In this document: piece after piece, positions 47,362 to 58,008 of the stretch | How the letters are laid out: every line of letters starts with the position of its first letter | How positions within the stretch are numbered: position 1 is the first letter of the stretch | Assembly (NCBI GenBank): GCA_036273215.1 | Contig: DASUIC010000067.1 | Span: forward strand, 2,897 to 66,896 | DNA length: 64,000 nucleotides | Source: Sphingomicrobium sp. | GTDB taxonomy: Bacteria > Pseudomonadota > Alphaproteobacteria > Sphingomonadales > Sphingomonadaceae | Reading direction: 5' to 3' | The notes under the pieces: model-generated | What the model was told of the DNA's origin: nothing | The model's input: only the letters and a program-made list of their open reading frames with translations | The model's database searches: none | Made by a program: the position numbers and the translations under genes

Positions 47362-47404
47362 CATACCCACCATGGGTATGTGACCTATACACCCTGGGGG
47401 TATA
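47362..47404. promoter_or_regulatory. Tandem CsoR-type operators
   Basis: CATACCCA-CCA-TGGGTATG (47362-47380) and TATAC-ACCCTGGGG-GTATA (47386-47404) upstream of csoR. Confidence 0.8.
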
Positions 47405-47423
47405 AATCAACCCCGCGTCGGAC

Positions 47424-47723
47424 TCAGCCCTCGCGTTCGCTCAAATAGCGCATCAGCTCAGCGAGGGTCGATTCCATCTGGTCCTGCATCTGGCTGACAA
47501 GCTCGTTCTCGCGCATCCCGACATGGTCCAGCGGCTTCGAATAGCTATCCGAGAAGGCCTGCAAATCGGCGCGGTCGAACACGCCCTTGGAGACCAGCTT
47601 GGCGAGGATGACGAGAAGGCCGTTGGTGTTGGCGATGGCCCCGGCGACCAGCGCTTCATCCACCATCGACAGCCTTTTGTCACTGTCGGTCTGCTCGTCG
47701 GTCTCGCCCATCAGGTCGATCAT
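47424..47723 (-). CDS. Hypothetical acidic helical protein
   Basis: 99-aa ORF with host-like codon usage. Confidence 0.6.
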   Translation of the reverse strand: MIDLMGETDEQTDSDKRLSMVDEALVAGAIANTNGLLVILAKLVSKGVFDRADLQAFSDSYSKPLDHVGMRENELVSQMQDQMESTLAELMRYLSEREG

Positions 47724-47915
47724 GCCGCCGATTACGCTCGGCGCAAGCGAAAGGCTCCCGCGCTGAAAGCTATGGGCCGAGCCGCCAGCCGGGCACCCGG
47801 ACAGGTCCGACCCGCATCGCCTTTGGGAGCGACGGAAAGTGTGCCGCGTTCACCACTTGTTTGTAAAATTTAGCGACACCCGCGCAATGTCGGTCGAGTT
47901 GACACTGGACGGCGC

Positions 47916-49973
47916 GTGGAATCGCTGATCGCCTTCTGGAGCCACGCGCTCGCCGCCTCGCTGTTCGCCGCGCTCATGATCTGGCGCCTTGGCGATGCCG
48001 CGCGCCAGCCGGTCCAGCGCTTCTTCGTCGGCGCGTTCGCGCTGACCGCCTGCTGGGCGTGGCTCGCGGCAATGACTCCCGGCGATCCGATCGTGGGTTA
48101 TGCCGAAAGCGCCCGTGACCTCCTCTGGATCAGTCTTCTGTACAGCCTCTCGGCGGCGGGCGAGGTGCGCGAGCATGGCATTCGCCTGGTCTACGGCGCG
48201 GTCGCCGCGGTCATCGGGCTCGAGCTCATCGCCAACACGCTGACCTTCCTCTCGCCCAGCGACGCCGTCACGCAGACCAGCCTCGTGCTGAGGATCACGA
48301 CCGCGGCCGGAGCGCTGGTCCTCGTCCACAATCTCTACGGCCAGGCTGCGCCCGCGAGCCGGTCGCACATCCGCTTCGCCATGCTCGGCCTGGCGCTGAT
48401 GTGGATCTACGACCTCAATCTCTACACGGTCGCCTACCTTGGCTCTGCAACCGCGCGGCGCCTGAGCGACTGGCGCGGGCTCGAAGTCGCCATGACCGCT
48501 CCTTTGTTCGCGCTCGCGATGCGTGAGGGTGGTGGTTGGCGGGTTCGCCTGTCCCGGGCCGCCACCTTCCAGTCACTCTCGCTGCTCGCGATCTGCGCCT
48601 ATTTCGCGCTGATGGCGATCGTCGCCACCGCGCTTCGCGGCTCGGGGGTCGACTGGTCGGGAGCCTTGATGGTCGCCGTGCTCGCCGTCATGACCGTCGG
48701 AGCGATGGTGCTGATCCCGAGCGCCCGGGCGCGCGGCTGGATCAAGGTCAAGCTCGCCAAGCATTTGTTCGAGCATCGCTACGATTATCGCACCGAATGG
48801 CTGCGATTCACGGAGACTCTCGGTCGTGCCGGCGCGGATGCGCCGCCGCTGACCGAGCGGATCATCGAGGCGTTCGCGAACGTGCTTGACGCTCCCGGGG
48901 GGCTGCTCCTGATGGGCGACGGCGGCCGCAGGGTTGAACACGCCGCCAACTGGAACTGGCCGGACGCGAAGCCGCTTCCCGACCATTTCGAGGGTGGCGA
49001 AGCTTTCTGGGATCGGCTCGAATCGAGCGGAAGGATCGTCGAGTTCGACGGTCTTCGCGACCGCTGGTCGAATGCCGGCGACGAACCCCTGAACGCGCCT
49101 TCATGGATGATGGACAATGCCTTCATCTGGGCCGGCATCCCGCTGATGCATCAGCAGCGGTTGGTCGGACTCGTGATCCTGGCAGCTCCGGAATATCGCC
49201 GCGCGCTCGATTGGGAGGATTTCGACCTTCTGCGAACCGCCGGCAATCAGGCGGCGAGCGCGCTGTCCGAAGCGATCGGTCAGGAAGCGCTCGGCCAGGC
49301 GCAGCGGTTCGAGGAGTTCAACCGCCGCTTCGCCTTCATCCTGCACGACATCAAGAACCTGGTGAGCCAGCTGTCGCTGGTCGCACGCAACGCCGAGCGG
49401 CACGCCGACAAGCCTGAGTTTCGCGCCGACATGGTCGCGACGCTTCAATCGTCGGTCGGCAAGATGAACGAGCTGCTCGCGCGCCTCGCGCCGCATTCGC
49501 CCGGCCGGGTCCAGCGGATCGAGTCCCAGCCGCTGCGGCCGATCCTCACGGCGGCAATCGCCGCCAAGCGCCGCGATCGCGAGGTCCAGCTGCTCGGGGA
49601 CGCAAGCCTCCGCGCGCTGGTCGACTCAGGCGCTCTCGAGCAGGCCGTGGGGCACCTCCTCCAGAACGCGATCGATGCGAGCACTGGAGCTCCGGTGACT
49701 GTCCGGGTAACTGCGGGCGACAAGAGTGTCTCCATCGCGATCGCCGACAAGGGCGTCGGGATGGACGGCGATTTCATCCGCAACCGGCTGTTCCAGCCAT
49801 TCGCATCATCGAAGTCCGGCGGCTTCGGAATCGGCGCGTTCGAGGCACGCTCGCTGATCGCCACCATGGGCGGCCGGATCAGCGTCGACAGCCGCCCAGG
49901 ACGCGGCACGACCTTCACCATCACCCTGCCCGCTCCCGAAGCGGTCAGCGAACCCGAACGGAAGATCGCATGA
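47916..49973 (+). CDS. prsK: PEP-CTERM/exosortase-system histidine kinase
   Basis: Many N-terminal TMs, RLSR...FQS, KH.F.HRYDYR.EW, GAF, FILHDIKN, GFGIGAFE. Confidence 0.9.
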   Translation: MESLIAFWSHALAASLFAALMIWRLGDAARQPVQRFFVGAFALTACWAWLAAMTPGDPIVGYAESARDLLWISLLYSLSAAGEVREHGIRLVYGAVAAVIGLELIANTLTFLSPSDAVTQTSLVLRITTAAGALVLVHNLYGQAAPASRSHIRFAMLGLALMWIYDLNLYTVAYLGSATARRLSDWRGLEVAMTAPLFALAMREGGGWRVRLSRAATFQSLSLLAICAYFALMAIVATALRGSGVDWSGALMVAVLAVMTVGAMVLIPSARARGWIKVKLAKHLFEHRYDYRTEWLRFTETLGRAGADAPPLTERIIEAFANVLDAPGGLLLMGDGGRRVEHAANWNWPDAKPLPDHFEGGEAFWDRLESSGRIVEFDGLRDRWSNAGDEPLNAPSWMMDNAFIWAGIPLMHQQRLVGLVILAAPEYRRALDWEDFDLLRTAGNQAASALSEAIGQEALGQAQRFEEFNRRFAFILHDIKNLVSQLSLVARNAERHADKPEFRADMVATLQSSVGKMNELLARLAPHSPGRVQRIESQPLRPILTAAIAAKRRDREVQLLGDASLRALVDSGALEQAVGHLLQNAIDASTGAPVTVRVTAGDKSVSIAIADKGVGMDGDFIRNRLFQPFASSKSGGFGIGAFEARSLIATMGGRISVDSRPGRGTTFTITLPAPEAVSEPERKIA

Positions 49974-51322
49974 GCGAGAACTTGAAAACCCTCCTGGTCG
50001 TCGAGGACGACGAAGGCCTGCAGCGCCAGCTCAAATGGGCGTACGACGGTTATCAGGTGGTCTGCGCAGGTGATCGCGCCTCGGCGATCGAAGCGCTGCG
50101 CGCGCACGAGCCCGCCGTGGTCACGCTCGACCTCGGCCTTCCGCCCGATCCGGACGGCACCGACGAGGGCTTCGCCGTCCTCGAGCAGATCCTTCGGCTG
50201 AAGCCCGACACCAAGGTCATCGTCGCGACCGGGCACGGCGCGCGCGAAAGCGCCACGCGGGCGGTCGGCATGGGCGCCTATGATTTCTATAAGAAGCCGG
50301 TCGACATCGACGAACTCGGGCTGATTGTCGCCCGCGCCTTCCACCTCCACGCGATCGAGCAGGAAAACCGCCTGCTCGAAGCAGGCTCGGCAGGAACCGT
50401 GCTCGGTTCGATCATCACCGCCTCGGCGGAGATGCTGAAGGTCGCCAAGACCATCGAGCGCGTCGCCTCCGCTGACGTTTCCGTGATGCTGCTCGGCGCG
50501 AGCGGGACGGGCAAGGAGCTGCTTGCTCGTGCGGTCCACGAGAAGAGGGGCCGAAATGGAGAGTTCGTCGCCATCAATTGCGCCGCAATTCCGGAGAACC
50601 TGCTCGAGGCTGAGCTGTTCGGCTACGAGCGCGGCGCCTTCACCGGCGCGGTCAAGTCGAACGTCGGCAAGATCGAGTTGGCGCAGGGCGGCACCCTGTT
50701 CCTCGACGAAGTCGGCGACATCCCGCTTCCGCTCCAGGTGAAGCTTCTGCGCTTCCTCCAGGAGCGTGTGATCGAGCGGATCGGCGGCCGTCAGCCGATC
50801 GCGGTCGACACGCGGATCGTCTGCGCCACGCATCAGGACCTCGAGGCGATGATCGCCGACGGGCGCTTCCGCGAAGACCTCTATTACCGCCTCGCCGAGA
50901 TCGTGGTGAAAATCCCGTCGCTGGCGGAACGGCCGGGCGATGCGGTCCTTCTCGCGCGCCATTTCGTCAACCGCTTCAGCCGCGAGCTCAACCCCGCGGT
51001 CCAGGCGCTTTCATCGGACGCGATCGACCTGATCGACGTTTATGCGTGGCCCGGAAACGTCCGCGAGCTCGAAAACCGGATCAAGCGAGCGGTGATCATG
51101 GCCGAAGCCAAGTCGATCACCGCCGCGGACCTCGACTTGCGCCCAGCCGCGGCCTCGAATGAGGAATCGCTTCCGATCAACCTGCGCGCCGCCCGCGAAG
51201 TCGCCGACCGCAAGGCGATCCGCCAGGCGATGAGCCGCAGCGACAACAATATCTCCGGCGCCGCCAAGCTGCTCGGGATCAGCCGCCCGACGCTTTACGA
51301 TTTGCTGAAGCAATACCGGTTG

Positions 51323-51331
<9 letters not shown>
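49970..51331 (+). CDS. prsR: PEP-CTERM-system sigma54-dependent response regulator
   Basis: [10 protein letters not shown] receiver, [22 protein letters not shown], Fis HTH. Confidence 0.92.
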
Positions 51332-53125
<1,794 letters not shown>

Positions 53126-53215
53126 GACGCCGCGTTAGCCAATGCGCCCGCGCTCGGGAAAGACCTGTTGCTGCTTTGCAACGCACCGTGACCCTGAACG
53201 GCGGCCCGCATCGGC

Positions 53216-53231
53216 GTTAATAGCCAATTCA
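53216..53231 (+). promoter_or_regulatory. Direct-repeat box GTTAA-N6-ATTCA
   Basis: ~40 bp upstream of the secreted-protein gene preceding the two-component pair. Confidence 0.5.
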
Positions 53232-53269
53232 ATGGGCGATGGTAGAAACCGGCTCGACGAAAGAGTCGA

Positions 53270-53623
53270 GTGATGAACCTTCTGCGTACCTTCTTCCTCG
53301 CCGCCGCGACCGCGGCAGGCCTTGCCGCCGCGCCGGCGCTGGCGGACCGTCCGCGCGACCACCGCCCGCCGCAGGACCAACAGCAGTTCCGAGGGCCGCG
53401 TCGCGAGCAGGAGCGCGCGTGGGAAGCGACGCGGGACGGCCGATCGATGCCGCTGCCTCAGATCGAACGGCGGGTCATTCCGTTCATGGGCCCAAACACC
53501 GACTATCTCGGTCCCGAGCTCAACAATGGCGTTTACCGCATGAAGTTCATTCAGAACGGCCGGGTGATCTGGGTCGACGTCGACCCCCAGACCGGCCGAA
53601 TCATCCGCCGCTCGCATCCCTGA
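53270..53623 (+). CDS. Small secreted PepSY-like protein
   Basis: Signal peptide; G..MPL.QI, YRMKF...GRVIWVDVDP.TG.I. Confidence 0.75.
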   Translation: MMNLLRTFFLAAATAAGLAAAPALADRPRDHRPPQDQQQFRGPRREQERAWEATRDGRSMPLPQIERRVIPFMGPNTDYLGPELNNGVYRMKFIQNGRVIWVDVDPQTGRIIRRSHP

Positions 53624-53748
53624 GCACGGTGGCGACCCACTGGCAGCGGATTGACTTTTCACATCCGCTTCCCAGTTGTTTCACCAAAGCAACCTCTCGC
53701 CGCAACGCGGGTTGACGGCGCGAAGATGAACAGCTCCGGGGAGCCTCG

Positions 53749-54414
53749 ATGCGCATCCTGATCGTCGAAGACGAACCCAATCTCGGGCGGCAATTGCGCT
53801 CGACGCTCGAGGGCGCCGGCTATGCGGTCGATCTCGCGACCGACGGCGAGGACGGCCATTATCTCGGGTCGACCGAAAGCTATGACGCGGTCATTCTCGA
53901 CCTCGGCCTGCCCGAAGTGGACGGTCTCACCGTGCTCGATCGCTGGCGCAAGGAAGGCCGCAAGATGCCGGTCCTCGTGCTGACCGCGCGCGACAGCTGG
54001 TCGGACAAGGTCGCCGGGCTCGACGCAGGCGCCGACGACTATCTCGCGAAGCCATTCCAGACGGAGGAGCTGATTGCGCGGTTGCGCGCGCTGATCCGGC
54101 GCTCGTCCGGCAACGCCTCGAGCGAGCTCGTTGCCGGCGACATCCGCCTGGACACGCGCTCGGGCAAGGTCACCAGGGCGGGCGAGCCGGTCAAGCTCAC
54201 CGCGCAGGAATACAAGCTGCTCAGCTACCTGATGCACCACAAGGGCAAGGTGGTGAGCCGGACCGAGCTGATCGAGCATATTTACGACCAGGACTTCGAC
54301 CGCGATTCGAACACCATCGAAGTGTTCGTCACCCGGATCCGCAAGAAGCTCGGAGCCGACGTGATCACCACCATCCGCGGCCTCGGCTACAGCCTCGAGG
54401 AACCGGTTAGTTGA
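53749..54414 (+). CDS. OmpR/PhoP-family response regulator (FeuP-like)
   Basis: MRILIVED, LDLGLP, LTARD.W.DKV.GLD.GADDY, DSNTIEVF, RGLGY. Confidence 0.93.
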   Translation: MRILIVEDEPNLGRQLRSTLEGAGYAVDLATDGEDGHYLGSTESYDAVILDLGLPEVDGLTVLDRWRKEGRKMPVLVLTARDSWSDKVAGLDAGADDYLAKPFQTEELIARLRALIRRSSGNASSELVAGDIRLDTRSGKVTRAGEPVKLTAQEYKLLSYLMHHKGKVVSRTELIEHIYDQDFDRDSNTIEVFVTRIRKKLGADVITTIRGLGYSLEEPVS

Positions 54415-55859
54415 ATGAGCATGCCGCCCCGGTGACGGCGGCGGCCGAGGTTCAACCCGCCGCCAGAAAGGCGCGCAGGAGCCGCACCGGCTCGCTCAGC
54501 CGGCGCATGATCGGCATTGCCGCGATCTGGATCGTGGCGCTGTTGCTGATTGGCGGCTTCGCGCTCGACCGGGTGCTGTCGCGCACCTTTCTCGACAGCT
54601 TCGACAACCAGCTCGTCTACATGCTCAACTCGATGGTCTATTCGGCCGAGATCGGACCTGTAGGCGAGGTGCTTTTCAGCCGGGCCCCGGCGGAGCAGCG
54701 GTTCATCCAACCCTATTCGGGACTCTATTACCAGGTCAGCGATGTGCCGGCGAACCACTGCCAAAAGCAGATCTACGACTCGTCGCTTTGTTATCCGTCG
54801 CGCTCACTTTGGGATCGCCGGTTGCGAGTCGACGACAGCCACATCGACATCAAGCCGGTCTGGTACGACAGCGATGAGTTCTGGGATCCAGTTCGCAAGG
54901 AGAAGCTGCGTATTGTCGAGCGCGACGTGATCCTTCCGGGATCGAACGTGCGCTGGCGATTCCAGGTCGCGGAATCGCGCGAAACCCTCGATCATCAGAT
55001 TCACGAATCAAGGCTCATCCTAATCTGGAGCTTCACGGCGCTCGGAATCGGGCTCCTGATCCTCGCGGCCCTTCAGACATTCTACGGCTTGTGGCCGCTG
55101 CGCCTCGTCCGCCGCGAGGTCGCCGCCATCCGCTCGGGCGACAAGACCCGCGTCGGCGACGAATTCCCTGCCGAGATCAAGCCGCTTACGGAGGAAATCA
55201 ACCAGCTTCTCGCCCATAGTGAAGCGCAGGCGGAGGAGGCGCGGCGGCACGCCGGCAACCTTGCGCATGCACTCAAGACTCCGCTGACCGTGATCACCAA
55301 TGCCGCGACCGCGCAGGCACCGGACCTCGCCGACACCGTCTGCCGCGAAGCGCTCGTGATGCGGCGACAGGTCGACCACCATCTCGCGCGCGCAAGGGCC
55401 ATCGGCAGGCGCGCCGCGGCGCAGTCGAGGACCCGTGTGTGGGAGAGCCTTCAGGCGGTCCAGCGCGCGGTCGATCGCCTGCACGAGGGCGTCACCATCG
55501 ACATTGCCGGCGATCGCGAAGCGCAGGTCCGGGTCGAGCGGCAGGACCTCGACGAGATGCTTGGCAACCTGATCGACAATGCCGCGAAATATGGCGGTGG
55601 GCGCGTGTTCGTCACGGTCGAACCCAAGGGTCGGATGGTCGATATCGTTGTCGAGGACGATGGCCCCGGTATTCCCGAAGCCCGCCTGGGCGAGTTGTTC
55701 ACTCGAGGCGCGCGGCTCGACACGACCGGCAAGCCGGGCACCGGCCTCGGCCTCGCGATCGTGCGGGACGTCGCCGAAATCTACGACGGCGCGGTCAGCC
55801 TCGAACGAAGCGAGGATCTCGGCGGATTGCTCGCCCGACTTTCGCTTCCGGCGGGTTAG
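54411..55859 (+). CDS. Membrane sensor histidine kinase (PhoQ/FeuQ-like)
   Basis: Two TMs, SRSLWD, HAMP, NLAHALKTPL, DNAAKY, DDGPG, GTGLGL. Confidence 0.9.
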   Translation: MNEHAAPVTAAAEVQPAARKARRSRTGSLSRRMIGIAAIWIVALLLIGGFALDRVLSRTFLDSFDNQLVYMLNSMVYSAEIGPVGEVLFSRAPAEQRFIQPYSGLYYQVSDVPANHCQKQIYDSSLCYPSRSLWDRRLRVDDSHIDIKPVWYDSDEFWDPVRKEKLRIVERDVILPGSNVRWRFQVAESRETLDHQIHESRLILIWSFTALGIGLLILAALQTFYGLWPLRLVRREVAAIRSGDKTRVGDEFPAEIKPLTEEINQLLAHSEAQAEEARRHAGNLAHALKTPLTVITNAATAQAPDLADTVCREALVMRRQVDHHLARARAIGRRAAAQSRTRVWESLQAVQRAVDRLHEGVTIDIAGDREAQVRVERQDLDEMLGNLIDNAAKYGGGRVFVTVEPKGRMVDIVVEDDGPGIPEARLGELFTRGARLDTTGKPGTGLGLAIVRDVAEIYDGAVSLERSEDLGGLLARLSLPAG

Positions 55860-55953
55860 TCCATCGGCGACTCCCCTCCATTCGTCGAAAAGACTTGCCA
55901 ATTCGTCGCCATTTGAGGCATTGGCCCGCCACACCTTCCGGAGGGGTTAATCC

Positions 55954-57981
55954 ATGAAATTCAAGATGTTGGTGCTCGCAGGTGCGAGCCTTGCGGCCAT
56001 TGCGCTTCCAGTTTCGGCGCAGCCGTCGAAGCCGGTTTACGGAACCTGGGGCTACGCCACCTCGGCGATGGACAAGTCCGTCAAGCCCGGAGACGATTTC
56101 TGGGAATATGTGAACGGCACCTGGGACAAGAACACCAAGATCGCCGCCGACCGCGCATCGGCCGGCCCGTTCGTCACATTGTCCGATCAGGCGGAGAAGG
56201 ACGTGCGCGACATCGTCCAGAATCTCGCGAACGATCCCAATCGCGACCATCTCAGCCAGCAGATTGGCGATTATTACGCGAGCTTCATGGACACCGACGC
56301 GATCGACGCCGCCGGAACTGCGCCGCTGAAGCCGTACCTTGCCGAGATCGACGGGGCCAAAACCCGCGCTCAGCTCGTGTCGCTGTTCGTGAAGCCCGGC
56401 TTCGCCAGCCCGGTCGACATCGGCATCGACGCCAATTTCAAGAACCCCGATGCCTACGCGGTGTTCGCCGGACAGGCGACGCTGGGCATGCCGAGCCGCG
56501 AATATTATCTCGAAGACAATGCCAAGATGAAGGCGCACCGCGACGCATATCGCGACTATATCATCAGCGTCGAAAAGCTTGCCGGGCTGCCCGGCGGCGA
56601 AGCGGCCGCCGACCGGATCATCGCGCTCGAAACCGCGCTCTCGAAGGCCCAGTGGGCAGCGGCCGACCGTCGCGACATCGATAAAATCTACAATCCGATG
56701 ACTCCGGAGCAGCTGCGGAAGCTGGCGCCGCAGTTCGCCTGGACGTCGACCCTCGCCAAGGCGGGTCTCGCCAATGCAAAGACGATCATCGTGACCGAGC
56801 CGTCGGCTGTTTCGGGCGCCGGCAAGATTCTCGCCTCGACCCCGCTATCGACGTGGAAGGAATGGCTCGCGTTCCGCTTCGTCTCGGATCACGCCGCCTA
56901 TCTTCCGAAGCCGATCGACGATGCGCATTTCGCGTTTTACTCGAAAGAGCTGAACGGCGTTCAGGAGCAGCGCGAGCGGTGGAAGCGCGGAGTCGCGGCG
57001 GTCAACGGAGCGCTCGGCGAGGGCGTCGGCCAGATTTACGTGAAGACTCATTTCCCCGCCGACTCCGAGGCCCAGATGAAGGAGCTGATCGGCAACCTCG
57101 AGGATGCCTATCACGAGCGCATCAGCACCAGTAAGTGGATGGACGACGCGACCCGCAAGGCCGCGCTCGCCAAGCTCGCCGCGTTCGAGCCGCGGATCGG
57201 CCACCCGGTGAAATATATCGACTATTCGCCGATGAACGTCGTCAAGGGCGACGCTCTGGGCAACGCGATGCGCGCCGAGGACTTCCAGTGGAAGCTTCAG
57301 CTCAAGCGCTTCCCCAAGCCGGTCGATCGAACCTTGTGGGGAATGTATCCGCAGACGATCAATGCTTACTATAACCCGCTGGCGAACCAGATCACCTTCC
57401 CGGCGGCGATCCTTCAGCCGCCGTTCTTCGATCCGAACGCCGATGCCGCCGCCAACTATGGTGCGATCGGCGCGGTGATCGGACACGAGATGGGCCACGG
57501 GTTCGACAATGAAGGCCGCAAGTTCGACCCGAAGGGCAAGCTTCGCGACTGGTGGTCGCCGGAGGCGGCGAAGGCATTCACCGCAAAGACCGACGCGCTG
57601 GTCGCCCAGTACAACGGCTTCTATCCATGGCCGGACCTGCATGTGAACGGAAAGCTGACGCTGGGCGAGAATATCGGCGACCTGTCGGGCGTCGAGAATG
57701 CCTATGCGGCGTACAAGAAGTACGAAGCGAAGCACGGGCAATCGCCGGTAATCGACGGTCTTACCGGCGATCAGCGCTTCTTCATCGCTTATGCCCAGGC
57801 GTGGCAGGAAAAGCAGCGCGAGGATGCCGAACGCCAGCAGGTCATCACCAACGAGCACAGCCCGGGCAAGTATCGGGTCAACGGAGTCGTTCGGAACGTC
57901 GACGCCTGGTACAAGGCGTTCAACGTGCAGCCTGGCGACAAGCTCTATCTGCCGCCGGACCAGCGCGTTCACATCTGGTAA
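55954..57981 (+). CDS. M13 family zinc metallopeptidase, copy 1
   Basis: Signal peptide, PGDDF, INAYY, FPAAILQPPFF, HEMGH, GENIGD. Confidence 0.95.
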   Translation: MKFKMLVLAGASLAAIALPVSAQPSKPVYGTWGYATSAMDKSVKPGDDFWEYVNGTWDKNTKIAADRASAGPFVTLSDQAEKDVRDIVQNLANDPNRDHLSQQIGDYYASFMDTDAIDAAGTAPLKPYLAEIDGAKTRAQLVSLFVKPGFASPVDIGIDANFKNPDAYAVFAGQATLGMPSREYYLEDNAKMKAHRDAYRDYIISVEKLAGLPGGEAAADRIIALETALSKAQWAAADRRDIDKIYNPMTPEQLRKLAPQFAWTSTLAKAGLANAKTIIVTEPSAVSGAGKILASTPLSTWKEWLAFRFVSDHAAYLPKPIDDAHFAFYSKELNGVQEQRERWKRGVAAVNGALGEGVGQIYVKTHFPADSEAQMKELIGNLEDAYHERISTSKWMDDATRKAALAKLAAFEPRIGHPVKYIDYSPMNVVKGDALGNAMRAEDFQWKLQLKRFPKPVDRTLWGMYPQTINAYYNPLANQITFPAAILQPPFFDPNADAAANYGAIGAVIGHEMGHGFDNEGRKFDPKGKLRDWWSPEAAKAFTAKTDALVAQYNGFYPWPDLHVNGKLTLGENIGDLSGVENAYAAYKKYEAKHGQSPVIDGLTGDQRFFIAYAQAWQEKQREDAERQQVITNEHSPGKYRVNGVVRNVDAWYKAFNVQPGDKLYLPPDQRVHIW

Positions 57982-58008
57982 TCGTCAATTCGGCCCGGGG
58001 AGGGGAAA

